Source: Guillardia theta CCMP2712 (Eukaryota; Protista; Cryptophyta). From it: a DNA stretch of 59,760 nucleotides. The position numbers were made by a program, and so were the translations under genes. This document shows, piece after piece, positions 26,183 to 39,295 of the stretch. The stretch spans positions 215,482 through 275,241 of the forward strand of contig NW_005434658.1 of assembly GCF_000315625.1 (NCBI RefSeq), read 5' to 3'. Under the pieces are notes generated by a model that worked only from the letters and a program-made list of their open reading frames with translations, did no database searches and was not told the origin of the DNA. Numbering within the stretch: position 1 is the first letter of the stretch; every line of letters starts with the position of its first letter.

Positions 26183-29100
26183 GATTCATTTCAGAGAGTA
26201 CGCACACAGGATTGCAGCAGGTCAGAATGACATGCAAGTAGTCAACGAGAATACATCAATGCACGGCAGCAGCTCGTGTGCCAGCTGCTCGTTGGTTATC
26301 CGGCCGGGCCGGGCAGCGAAGACAGCCCGGACGCATTCGTCGAGGACGGTAGCTCTGCGAGCCTAGCTCTGCGAGCCTTACAACTTGCATCATCTTACAA
26401 CTTGCATCATCTTACAACTTGCATCAGCTTTGTGGACATTCCATGGATTTATATTGCTCTTTTTATCATTACTATGTTGAATTGAATAATGCTCATGCAT
26501 AGTGAAAACCTCGACTACAAAATGTCACAACCATTGAAGGTGTTGGAGGTTTGAATCATCGAACATTTCCATGCTTTCTGTTCTTTGTCACTGTCCGAAA
26601 ATAAGCCTGAGACTATTCATATCAGCATTTTAACCCATTGCAGCAAGAAAATTCCCAGGCTGTCGATCACTGTTGCATTCGTCGCTCCTAGTTTCCATCA
26701 AACGACGAAACAAACCTTCTCCCGGTAGATCTACTGGCAAAGTGCCATGTAGGGCTTGACAACGGTCTTGCATGGCACGGTACGAAGAGCTTCCTTGTCA
26801 AGATGCGCCATGTTGCAGTTATCTGTAACTCAACCTTGCACAGGCCGTGAGCGTGTGTAAGGCATGAAACTCAGGAGGAAAGAAATTTCGGAGGAGAGCA
26901 GAGAGATCCAGAAGCGTTGTGACTGAGAGGGCTGAAGAATGCAGAGCGAAGAGTACAACTTGCAAGGGCAGGCAAGGCCCGAGGGAGGAGGGGAAGCTCG
27001 GGGGGAAGCGTGGAAGGGGGGGAAGGCGTGTGCCCCGGCTTCAAAATTTAAAAAGCCATTAATAAACAGGATTTGGACAAGAACCTGAAATATTACTAAT
27101 TAGATTTCAGGTATAGCTAAAAATCGTCGAATGACCCCCCTTTCGCCACCCACTACCCTCCAGACTACAACTTCCACAAAAGCGTGACCCCAGAATGGCC
27201 GGGCCGCGCCAGCCCGGATGCCAGGCCGCTGACGGACTGATCATCGGATCCCGGCAATGCGGCTACAACTCAGTGTTCCGAAGACCGGATCCGATCGGGC
27301 CGATAATCCGGGCCACCTGAGTCCGATGGGATGATCCGGGGCTCCCCGGGAGCGGGATCGTACCGTCGAGCGGGTGACTCCGAACTCACTGACACGGTCA
27401 GGCTGTAACTAAGTTCAAGTACCGTACTGTAGCCTAGTAGTGTAGTAGCCTGACGGTCGCTCGGAGGCTCGCCGCAGGCTCACCGTCACAGTCCGACCAC
27501 GGCATGCTGCACTGCCCTCACTGACGAGCTGAGCGGCCTTCAGAACTTTCACAACTCGCGCAGCCAGCGCGCCGCCGGACTCACGGGAGTCAGGAGTGCC
27601 GCAGGGCCCTCAGCCTCGGCGGATCATCGGTGGACAACCGTGGCATTAACTCAAGTTGTGATCGGACACTGCAGTGTGGCTGCCCGGGAGTCTGGCGGCT
27701 ACCGACTCAAGGAGAAATCTCAACATCATTACTTTATTCCAGTGCCTTGAAGACTCGGAGGTCATTCTCATCGCTTTAAATTATGTGGATATCCCCCTGT
27801 TGTAAGCAAAAAATCTAATTGGTATCAACTGAGCATAAAAAAAGGCAACGTGGTAGAGAATATGACTAATCTGGCTTATTGCTTATACACACACAGGGAC
27901 CAGTTTCAGATTGAAATTCCCGGGGAAATCACTTGTTCTCTTCATCTCAAGACTTGCCACGGAACAAGACCTGAGTCGCATTAATGTTCTTTTTCAAATC
28001 ATAATGACAACATCTTTGCAGGCTAATCAACTTCAAAAATTTCTTGAGAGATTGTGCATTCTTTCGTCAAAGAAAGTATTGCCACATTGACTTTGTCGTG
28101 AGCTGGTCTAAAAATCAATGTATTGGTCCAACGCAGAACTTTCCCAAAAACAAATTCCTGAACTCTTTACTTCGCAACTCAGCGTTCATCTACCAGTACT
28201 TGAAAACACCTCTTTCACCCTTTCCTCGATCTAGTAGACTCCTCCTTGTCGAGCTTGATCTCTTGAGAGCTGCATGGCGAAGGCTCTTGCGGTATATCAA
28301 GACCTTCCAGCCACCCCTTGCCCCTGACCCCCCTCGTCTCCCCTTCGACCGTGCTCCCCCGGTTTCTAATCTTTTTTTCCTCCAAGATTGATGACGTGTA
28401 GTAAGGATGCTTATCGGCACTTGATGACAGCCTGCTGAATCCTGGAAGCTTCACGACGGTATCTTTCGGAGCTCATGGTCAGCAGCCCCGTGTAGTAAAA
28501 CGTCAGGTTTCCAGGCGCACGATCAGTTTGCACCTAGGAATACCCGTTACTCAGCCGTTATTCGGAGGAGCAGACTTGAAAGTCTCAACGCCCTGAAAGC
28601 TTTACTCAAAGTTGAGTTAAAAATCAGTACGAGAGCACGTCGGTACGGAACACCGCCTCGGCCCCCGGGCCGGCCCGGCCTGGCAGTGCGGCAGGCTACT
28701 ACGCTCAGCCGAGGCAGTCAGACTCAGTCCGGCTGACTGACGGTGAGGGCCCGGGCCGGCCCCGGAATGCGATCATTCCGTCATAGTTGATCAATGGTTC
28801 AGTGCCGTGACCGTCACTTCCGAGGCTCCTCCAGCAACTCTGGTGACGAGTCCGGCTGGCAGCCCACTCGGCGTCCGACCGTACCGTACAGTACGAGTCC
28901 GCCGGCCGAACAGTACGAGTCCGCCGGCCGACTCAGGCTCGGATCACTGAGTCGGCAGTGGTCGCATGAATCATCCACCGGTGGCACCGGCCAGTCCGAC
29001 GGCGCGGCCCGGGGCCGCGGCTTACGGCGGTACAGTACGGTCAGTACTGTACGGTAGCCTCCCGGTAGTGATCCGGCCCCGGTCCGAAAGTCAGACTCTG

Positions 29101-29285
29101 AGACAGGTTGACTCTCTCAGTGATAATCCTACACACTACTCAGATAGCAATCAGGCAGCTCAAACGCACAGAGGTGTGTTACAAACTCCCGGAGTCCAAC
29201 TCAAAACTTCGGACGGTCACCAGGAACGGTTAAATCCTATCGTCACATGATTTGTAAAATTTCATTAAATGGAGAAAAAATAGAT

Positions 29286-29756
29286 CTATTCGTCGAGAAG
29301 GTGTGCAGCGTCAGTGTAAAGAAGACCCGCCTGCTCGCTCTTGTCGGAGTCCCTTCTTGCATGCTCGAATTTCAAAGCCAGCTCCCTGCCTTGTTGGCTG
29401 TTATTGCCAGCACCCATTGTAGACTTATCACATGCTCTGGGAGTGTAGGAACGGTTCTCGACAGCCTCTTGAGCATACCTCCTTGACTGGATGTTCTCGA
29501 CGTTCAAGGTGCCGTAAGAGACAGGCTGGGCCCGCTGCCTGACCGGTGAAGTAGACCTCGAAGAGTTGACAGACGATTCTCCCCGACAGCTCTTCAGCCA
29601 TTTCTTTGCCTCAGTCACCCCCATAGAAGTAGAGAGCTCTTCAAAAAAATATAGATCTGCGCTAGACAACACCCTTGCTGTCTTCTTCTTGGTGAGAATT
29701 GACATTCCTTCCTTTTCTGTGTACTCGTAATACAGCCTGGAGCTGTCCAGCATCAC
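29286..29756 (-). CDS. Hypothetical Ser-rich protein (ORF or terminal exon)
   Basis: 156-aa ORF sharing the YFFEELSxSxG...W motif with 32403-32984. Confidence 0.55.
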   Translation of the reverse strand: MMLDSSRLYYEYTEKEGMSILTKKKTARVLSSADLYFFEELSTSMGVTEAKKWLKSCRGESSVNSSRSTSPVRQRAQPVSYGTLNVENIQSRRYAQEAVENRSYTPRACDKSTMGAGNNSQQGRELALKFEHARRDSDKSEQAGLLYTDAAHLLDE

Positions 29757-32402
29757 CAGCTTGTCTCAGGAAGACTCCGAGTAAGGAAGAGAGTGGGAGC
29801 TTGCAGTGTAATGTTGACAACAATGGTGAATCAGGGGGGATTTTGTGGCAGGGTCCCGTTTAAGAGAGCCTCCCCTGGAGCAAACTGTTCTCCGTAGAAA
29901 CCAGTTCCCTACGAATTCGTAGCAATGGATGTTTCTGGCCTCGTATGCACACAGCAGAGAAGAGTGCACCAAGAGAAAGAGTGGCGAGGATGAGATATAA
30001 GAGGAGAGAATGTATTTGAGTCAAGGGAACAAATAGGGGAGGAATGACAGGAGGGCGTGTGAGCAGGTCGAGGAGAAGGACGGGAGGCAGCAACTTGATG
30101 AAGACCGAGGGCGGCGTTCGTCATGATCCGTGATTGTGCTGACACATCTTCAGATACTTCAGATACGGAGCTGTTGTCAAAAAGACTCTTTCCGCTTCCA
30201 AGACTTCTTGGTGGCTCACGGGATCAGTGCTGAGGTGTCTGAATTTCTGAGGATATCCCCAGTTTTTATCGATATTGAGGGGGTGGGGGGTAGGAGTTTT
30301 AGAGGATCGGGACTTTACCACAAGGTCTGCTGACTTGTAAAGGAAGAAAAAGTCAGCAAGGTGTTGCTGACATTGAAATCTGAAAGGTTGTGCATTTCGT
30401 CAACACAATGGTATCCGGTACATTGCGCCCCAAGGATTGCTGACGTAACCAGTCGGTAGAAAAGCGCATCTTCTCGTCTTGCTGACCATACATTCCGCAT
30501 CCCTTCACATCAAAAAAAAACAATTTTTTTTGTATGGTCTTGTCGTTCTCCAAGGTAGGGGTGTAGGGACCAAAGGGATCTGGGGGGTGGGGTAGTTCGA
30601 GTGACCGAAAGGATTTGACGAGGAACAATCGACGATGCGTCAATCCGCATGCAGGCAGTGGCACGGGGAGAAAGTTTCTGCCAACATGAAGTCTTGTCTT
30701 GTTACAATCGTTTCGAATCTGATGTCTGATTGTCATCAACAGATAGCATGGCGGAGTTTGTTGACATGACATGAATTGCTTAGGCCTTGCGCAATGAACA
30801 TGAGTATGTGCTTGCCTGGAACAAATGATAGACAAAGGGGATGATTATTCATATCATCAACATATATTGATATCACTGAAAGGTATGATATGTCTGCTGG
30901 CCTCAGTGTCGAGGGTCCATGGAAGATAGTTTGTATAATTTGTTGTATTTATAGTGCTGTTGTCACGACGGCAGTCTTTTTCCTTGCTTCTTGTCTCCTT
31001 GCAACGAGTATCCATGTTGCACTGAGGATACAGCCCTTATTATTTCGTATCTTGATGCAATCAAAAGCATTGACATTTGAATTGCTTCAAGGTGTTGATT
31101 TCCGTTGAAATGTCCAAACGTTTGACGATTTTCCCTAGTTTGTCCTGCTAAATTACTAGTTCCCTCGTGTCGCCCATCTGACTATCATAGATTTTATTCT
31201 TCAAGGACATCCTGAAAAATTCCAGACGAATTGATATGAAGTCTTGCTTTCCCGTTTATGTTCTTATGTTGCGGTGCTAAAGTACTCAACAAAGCCCTTG
31301 AGTGAATTGCTCTGTATGCGTGTCTCTGACGCGCAATGTTCACGTACCAGAGATATTACTGCGCTACTGCGGTTGGAATCTCGATCTTGTACCTGCAGCG
31401 ATACTCCAATAGACAGTTGGCTGTAAGGAACGTATCTTTGCCCTCACTCAGTCAATTTTGCACTTGGGAGCATGCTTTTTGCTCGGATGCACCTTAGTGC
31501 CGTGAGATGTTACTAAACACTGAGACATTGATGCAACAATGCGCATCATACACGACAAGCAAATTCCACAGATAGATTCAGATTGTGTGGAATGTAGAGC
31601 TGAACGAAATATACGGGATATTTTCAGGTCGAGATCCTCCAATCCTCGCTGACGACTAAGTTGAGAAGCTAGCTGGGGAAGGGGGGCTTCTCGTCAAGGC
31701 TAAATGTAGGAACCGAAATTCGTTTCGTTAAATTTGTTCAACAAGATCATGTCATTTGTCGCATCGTGATAGCACAGAATCTGAGGATTTCTCAAAATTC
31801 AACAGATCGTTCTATCTCGCCACGTTTTCCTCTGCCAAATATCGGTGTTCTTCCCAGTGTTTCGCGATGGATGAAATTGATGCACACGTAGAAATGGATT
31901 CAGTTCATAAATTTCAGAATAAACCGATGTGATTTGACTGATTTATTATTGTCGAAGGAACACAGAAGTGTACCCTGTTGCTTTACTGTGTTGACACCTC
32001 AAGACGCCACAGGACGTGATCCAAAAAGCTTGCATTGATGCAGTTTTTGGTGTAAAGTGCCACAGGCAAGTTATCAATCAACAAGAGAGCTAAGAAATAT
32101 CCTCAATGAGTTATTGGTACGGTTTGGGAATTCGGTTTGAGAGGCTTTGCCCCTCTCCACCGACTGCTCAGCGTGAATCTTTTCCACCTTTTCATTTCAA
32201 GGAATGCTCCGGCTTTGTCTAGATTCCTGATACACTTCGTCCGTCGCAAGAACAGCAAACCTATTGAGTGGGGCATCTCCAACGAAAAGCCACAAAGTAA
32301 TCTGGTTTGTCCAGGAGTCTCGTTGTACGGGAAGCCGATCAGTTCATATTTTCGCCCTGCAACCATGCTGCGAACAGCAGCTTGCGAAGCAAGTCATGGC
32401 AA

Positions 32403-32984
32403 TCAAGTATTACTGTCTGAAGAGCTTTTGGCGCCCATTCGATCATCGCTACCTTCACTCTTGTCCAACGAGATTTTCTCGATGCTCTGCGCTATCTGAG
32501 CCGGACTGCTATCACTCATGCCGTGCTCCTTCTCATGAATGGAGTTGAGATTGGCGGCCTGCTTTGCTTCTGTGCTCTTGTTCATTTTCTTCAGCTTGCG
32601 AGATATCAAGTTTCTGATCAGAGGTGAGTTGGCCGAGGGTTGTGGAAACAATCGGGGAGAATGGGAAGGGGATAAGCCAGGATTGACCTGCCCTGCATGT
32701 CCTGGACCATCACCTGACTTTGGTGATGAAGAGACACTTCTAGACTGAGCTGATGAGTTCTGATACCAGACAGCAGCTCTCTGCCGTCCCAAAGAGCGCG
32801 ACAGTTCTTCGAAGAAGTACGAGTTGGTGACTGCGTTCATCGATACTGCGCTTTCATTCTGAAATTGCTCTCTTGAGAACGAGTCCGAGCGGAGAAGATT
32901 CGATGAGCTGGCAGACTCAGAGTCAGAGTCATCCCTTCGTTGGCCATCCTCGCCGTCCCTTGGCCGATTGGGTTCCTCACTCAT
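32403..32984 (-). CDS. Hypothetical Ser-rich protein
   Basis: 193-aa ATG-initiated ORF sharing the same motif with 29286-29756. Confidence 0.6.
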   Translation of the reverse strand: MSEEPNRPRDGEDGQRRDDSDSESASSSNLLRSDSFSREQFQNESAVSMNAVTNSYFFEELSRSLGRQRAAVWYQNSSAQSRSVSSSPKSGDGPGHAGQVNPGLSPSHSPRLFPQPSANSPLIRNLISRKLKKMNKSTEAKQAANLNSIHEKEHGMSDSSPAQIAQSIEKISLDKSEGSDDRMGAKSSSDSNT

Positions 32985-35068
32985 TGTTGTATTCTCTCAG
33001 TTTAGCACCGCGCTGAATCACATGAAGATAATGAAGCCCTCCACATTGTCTGATCCCGCGAAGCCTTCAGAATGCTGTGCTCACAATCAACTGTCTGTTT
33101 GCCCGTGTGCCTTGTGCTGCAAGACGCCGATAATCTCAAGGGACCTGTTGCAAGGGATAGGCAACGATGTGAAGCCTGGAACGTGTAGTGCGCTGGAGGA
33201 GGGGAGGAACGGAGCGATCTGAGAAGAGGAACGATGTACGTGTAAGTCGATGTTTGTGCTTCGGCAGCTCTACCGCTCGCCAAGAACAAGATCCACGCGG
33301 ACGATGCATGCGCCGTTGAAGGTCTGGGTCCTCGCCATCGGAATGATCTTTGTCACCGAGGGTCCGTCGGCGCTACAAGTCGGAAAGGGAGTGGTGGGTG
33401 GGGTAGTCAGGATTTTGAAGTACGGGTGTGGGGTCATGGTCGGATGAAGTGAAGAAGGGGTGAGTTTCACAGAGAAATGATATGGTGGGGAGGGGTACCT
33501 GGGGTCATGACGATTGGTCTGACGGGCAAGGAGATTGGGTGGGTGGTAGGGGGTCGTCGTCGTTTTACCAGGGAACGACAGGGTGGGGGTGGCCTTTTTT
33601 TTGAGTTGAGGTTTAACCCCTGCAGTTTACCCCGTGCACAGCCCCCACCCCCACCCCCTAGGGACATATTACACGATCAGGGTACTACCCCCGCCAAGTC
33701 CAAGTCACGAGGATATGGGTGGGTACAAAACAATACGAACGAGATTGGCCAGGGACCCAGCATACAAATGGTGGACAAGGTGGGGGTGGGGGTGGGGCAA
33801 AGAGGAAGGAGTCGAGCCTGTGGAGAGGTCGCCAACGGAGATACGCCCCTCTGTAAGCTTGCTGACTCAAAAATATTATTAAGAAGTTTTAAAAAGATCT
33901 TTTGAAAGTTTATTTTTCTGTTTTTGTCTTATAATCTTCTTTTATGTCAGCAGGCCCTTCACGATCTGTTACTACACTTTCGACTACCCACCCTACCTTC
34001 GAATTTAGACTACCCCTACCGTAGGGTTCAATTTTGAAACGGCTCATTTCATCTCCCTCATACCCTTCAATTGCGCCGTGACACCTCAGCCGATCACCGA
34101 CCGCTCATTGTTCCGGGCCCGCCGCAGCGACTGTAACAATCGGAAACGGAAAGATCCGAGTGGCGGGGCGCCGTCCGATCCTAAATGGATCGGATGATCA
34201 CCGTCGTCACCGTCACTCAGTCGGCCGGGCCAGGCCGGGGGGGGCGGGCCGGGTCGGACCGTTGTACTATGCCGCACCACGGTACTGTAGTAGTTGAACG
34301 CCGCCGCCGGTTTCTACGGTTGAACGCCGCCGCCGGTTTCAAGTTTGCTCACCCGGGGGGGGGGCGGCCGCGGCAGCCCGTACGACGGTCACCGGGCCGG
34401 TGCGGCGCTATGCCGCAAGTTCAAACCGCGGCCGGGCAGCTCAGGCCGGGCTCGAGGAGCCGCTCCGCCCGGCCGCCGAGTCCGGCCCGGCGGCGGCGTC
34501 ACGGGTTCAACGGCCCCCGTTACACTGCGGCACTGCGGCACTCAGGCTCAGTGCCATACGGTCGGCCGATCATGCGCCCGGCCCGGCGGCGGCCCGCGGC
34601 AGGATCACTGATGAGCCTCGGAGTCGGACTGTCGGAGCCTCCGAGACGGTGCGGCACCGCCCGGCCGGCGTCAGGAGTCCGCCGAAGTTTATAGTACCGT
34701 GGCCTAACTGACAAACGACACGCGGCCCGGCCGCGGCCGCGCCGCGGGCTGGCGCCCGGCTCGCCGGATCTGAACTGAGCCTGAGGGACCAAAAAAAAAT
34801 TCAAGGGACCAAAACAAAATGAATGTATCCCAAGATGTAGGGCGCCTCCAAAAAAAGCTTAGGATTCTCTTTTTTGGTAAAATTTGAAAAAAGTGCCCTA
34901 AAATCTCAATTTGTTGTCTATTTATGTTTTAGAGCGCTGGCATCGGGGGATAAAATGATTAATAGGGACCGGTCCTACAAGAGAAACCTTGATCAAGAAC
35001 GTCATATCGCAGTTTTCAAGGGCGTTAGTATGTAAAAGGACAATTGAACAATTTTAAACTTTATATCG

Positions 35069-38000
35069 TGGTACTAATTTTCAGTACGACCGGTACACAA
35101 GGGAAAGAAAAACACAGGGATAGAGGATCGCACAAGTAGGAAGGAAGGGGGGTGGGGGGTGATACATGCCTGTAATCCCATGGGGTGGGTCAATTGATAC
35201 CCCATCTAAAACCCACTGCAGAAGGGGTGAAGGTAACGGTTACATTTTGAAAGTACCGGTGCTACAATGCAAACTACCACAGTGGTACAACCAAGTGGTA
35301 CAACCAAGAGCACCACAAGCATTCCATCGTCGCCTTCCAGCTTATTTCATCCTTCATCATCCGGTATGCACTCATTTCTTGCTGTTCGCCAAGCAATCCC
35401 TTCCATCTTACACCAGTCTTCAGGATTGGGCCTGGTCACATTGCAGGATTGGGGCAAAACATCGCTATATATCATCGGAACTGAAAACACGCAGCATCAA
35501 CATAGGGTGACATGGCGACTGAAAATGGCAGCACATGCTTATTTGGACCTGATTGTCAGTTGCGGGAAAGAGATGATGCACAGTTGAAGGTATGTCGAAG
35601 TTGCCAAAAAAAATTCCATATTCTATGTGCCTTTCAACGTGCTAATAGCGATCAAGGGGACTATTGCGGAACATGTCAGAGAGGCGGCAAGAGACTTGGG
35701 GTGGGTGGCAGGCCACGTAAACGGACGCGGGAAGGAGATGAGTTTGACATACTGTCCGTTTTCAATGATCCCGACGCACCGATGGCAACGAACAGTGACA
35801 GCAACGTGCAAGCATTCAGGAACTTAGAATCGCACAGGGTCAGCATCAGCACGCAGAAAACCTACGCATATCGCATATTTGCAATGATACTTTTCTTCAA
35901 ATCCTTTCCAGCTTATCATTGCGCTTTGACTGAGTCTTTGGATAATTTGAAGGTACCACTTCCATATGAACCGCTTCTCGCTTTTTTCGGATATTTGTCT
36001 GGAAACGACCAGTTGGCCCGAGCAAGGAAGAGACCACGAGGTCAAACTGGCAACCATGATAGTAACGCATCAATAGCATTGGAAGAAGCTTCATCGTCTA
36101 TGCACATCAACCAAGACATCGGCGAGGATGATGGACAAGAGGAAGATGAGGTCCCGGAGGTCCCGGAGGTCCCGGAGGTCCCGGAGAATGGCGAAGGATC
36201 TGCTTCTACAAAAGCATCAGAGAAAGCAACCGTTGCGGTGTCCACCATCCGAGGGTACAAAAGTGCTTTGAAATATCTGTACAAGCGAAGGAAAGTACCC
36301 TTCACAGCGACGGGGATACCAAAAGATGTTTCATTGGACCTTGAATTGGAGGACAGTATGCATTCATACAAGAAGGTGGTCGCACAAAAGAAGAGCAAAG
36401 GGATAATGTCCATGGAAGAAGGTCGAACTGCTATCAACATGCAGCAGTATCGAATGTTGTGCAACTTTGTGAGACATATCAAACCTCGCAGGGGAAGCAC
36501 AGAACCCGGGGACTCATGGCTTTTCGGTTGGCTATGCACCAACCTCATGTGGAACCTGGTATGTCGGAGTGAATCACTGGACATCCTTCATTTGGAACAC
36601 CTGTCGTGGGAAGAAGACGCCATGAAAGTAGTGTTGCTTCGAACTAAAACGGACCAAGCAGGCATAGGCACGGATTTGAAGAGCACTCGTGTGAAACATG
36701 TTTTTGCGGCTCCGCACAGCCCTGAAATTTGCCCGATCCTCATTCTTGGGCTTTACACCTTTGCATGCAGGGGGATTTGCTTGTCAGAGCAAGGCAGCAA
36801 ATTGTTTATTGGGAGGGACCAACGACATCGATTTCAACAGCTTTTGCAAAGGGTTCTACGCGAGGAACAACCTGACAACTTTGGGATTCCTGGCACGCAC
36901 TCGTTAAGAAAGGGTGGTATTTCCCACCTTCTAGGGATGCTGGATGGCCCAGGTTTGATGTTTTATCAATCTGGAATGACTGCTGATTTTAACATGTTCA
37001 GGAGCACCCACAGTGTACATAAGAGCCAACTGGAAGATAGGTATGGCATGTAGGGATTTGGACTTCACTTCATGATACTATTATGTTTAGGAGATACACA
37101 GGATCGATACATTCTTGGTGGGACGGGAGGAGATCAGTTCGCGGGAAGAATACTGGCAGGGAACGATAGCACCACGGCCAATTTTGGGGTTTTGCCTCCG
37201 CATTTCACACAGGAAGGGTTGAGACAGGTGAAAGAGATAGGGTGGGAGCGTTTTGTCGATGGATACGAGCAATTCCCGAACGGTTTTAAGAAATGTACCG
37301 AATTCTTCCTTGCGAGCATTCTGTATCATCTCCCTACCTTACAAGGATGGTATCCTGACAATGATCATTTCATATGGGGCATGCCTATGTTTGGTATATT
37401 TGGTGCGGACACGATGAGAAGACTCATGTTGCTTCGAAAAGAGGTTGTCGTACCCGTGCACAGATGTACAGAATGTGGGATGACCGCCAGTGGAACCCCG
37501 TCCAAGACTGACATCTTGAGAGAACTGGGAGAAATCAGGCAGGAGATTAGGGCGCATTTCACCGGTTCAGCACTTCCATTCACAGTCGTTCGAAGCACAG
37601 AAGGAGGCGAGACGGTGGCAGGGCAGGCACAGGAATTATTCTTGTCAAACAGCAGCAATGCTACAACTTCCAGTGGACAGTGCAGTGCAACTAACAGACC
37701 AATGATGCAGGGAATTGAGACAGATGCAGGCATGGGCAGTGGTGGTGTATTCGGCCAATTGATGGCGGGATTCCAAGGTATCGTCAAGAAGATGGCGGAA
37801 TTCGAAGGTATGGTCAAGAACGTGGTTGAGGCGCAGAATCAGAAGCAAACGGAGAGTATCAAAGAGTTGATACGGGCAGAGGTGATGCAGATTCTGGGCA
37901 GATTAAACATCCCCGCGATACAAGATGACCGAGTGGCCGGCCGCAATGATTCGAGGGAGATGATGGAGGAAGAACTGGATTCTCCAGCAGATGGACAAGG

Positions 38001-39295
38001 AGCTGAGGAAGAAGTGAACTCGAACCAATCCGCTCGCAGTGGGCAGGGAGTGCTACGTGCGAGCAGTGAATTGGAGGTAGGGGGAGACGATTTCGAGTGG
38101 GAAGGGGAAATGGATGGACGTGCTAAGCACATGGTTCCAAGCAACTTTACCTTCCCTTTGCGGGTGCCGACGAGGAGCATGTTCATGTGGTGGAATATTG
38201 GACAGGACATAATTGATGACACAGGTCAAGTGCGGAGGATCCGGCCATTCAAGTACCTTGGACTTGCACGGTACCGGGACGACATAACAGACTACAACAC
38301 AAGGAGGAACATCAACAAAGCGAGGGTGGTCATGAATGAAGTGGAGAGGATTTGCCGGGAACGGGGGGTGCTTGCACAAGGAGAAGAGATTATGCCACAG
38401 AACTTGATGCAATGTTACAGAACAGGATTTCGTGAAGTGGTTGAGACAGTTTATGGGAAAGACGCATGGGTGGACCTTGGCACGCGGAAACGGTTTTGTT
38501 CATATTCGTACATTACTTACTACAAGAATCTGGGAATTATATGGAGAAGCAATCGGAGTGAAGGCGCTGCACCAACAGCTGAACAGATTGTTGCAGACCC
38601 ATCAGCAGATGATGATGATGTGACAGGTGGTCCCGGTGAGGAGACACAGGCTGATGACCCTGCTGTGACCGACAGCACAGCCGGGAGCTATGCGGCGATG
38701 TTAAAGAGAAACTTGCCAGGGAAGTGAGCGGAAGTGAAGTTTGGTATAAAATAAAGATGCCAAAAGAGACGCGGACAAGAGAGGTTGGGATAGGTGGATG
38801 GAAAGAAGTCGCAAGCATAGTCTGTGAGGAGTGGGAGGGAAGGCTCGCAAGAAACCATCATGAATGCCAAGGAAGGAGGGGAGGGAGGGAAGAGTAAGAG
38901 AGATGAAACCTACCACCGGAGAGAAGGTAAAGGAAGGGAAATTTAGAATGGGACAAAGCAAGGAAGGGGCGGGGGGGGGGTGATGGGTGTAGATTAACAG
39001 AAGCAAATGGTAGGAGGAGGGATTGGAACATCATGATCATATGCACTAGACAGAAGAAAGACAGGAGTGAAGAAAGAGGGAAGTCCAGAGGATAGTTTAG
39101 GTTCATGCAAAGCCAAAGCCTGGAAGCCTGGAATGTGTGTGTAGATGATGAACTTGAAGGTGAACATGAATGGCTTTGAAAAAATTGCAGTTGATGGACA
39201 CATTTATCGCGAAACATGCATAGTTTCAGTACCTTGCACGCATTGTTGGCGTGATCGTTTGAAATGCCTAAGGTTCAAAACTCTGGTACTAATTT
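35069..39295 (+). mobile_element. Candidate extent of the Crypton element, bounded by direct repeat TGGTACTAATTT
   Basis: Identical 12-mers at 35069-35080 and 39284-39295 flank the YR gene. Confidence 0.5.
35512..38727 (+). CDS. Crypton-type tyrosine recombinase with N-terminal PHD-like finger and C-terminal GCR1_C-like region; exons 35512-36952, 37002-37040, 37091-38727 (1038 aa)
   Basis: Removing two GT-AG introns (49 and 50 nt) fuses the 513-aa and 551-aa ORFs and restores the YR catalytic set: R (LVCRSES), K (TKTDQ), HxxR (GTHSLRKG), W (IRANW), Y (QDRY). GDQFAGR...FGVLPPHF is typical of Crypton-like proteins. Confidence 0.9.

Noticed and set aside
26430-28640. Genes in the AT-richer blocks between GC islands
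   Set aside because: Only short stop-interrupted frames; probably decayed sequence that I cannot identify.
34185-34804. Arg/Pro/Gly-rich ORFs in the GC islands (also 22069-22443 and 28794-29250)
   Set aside because: Stop-poor GC-rich DNA with no domain signal.
35512-38727. Prophage/integron integrase or DIRS retroelement
   Set aside because: The gene has spliceosomal introns and no adjacent RT, gag or phage genes; the motifs fit Crypton.
39248-39259. Confident left Harbinger TIR
   Set aside because: Only a 10/12 match, with no extension and no matching 3-bp TSD; kept only as a weak candidate.
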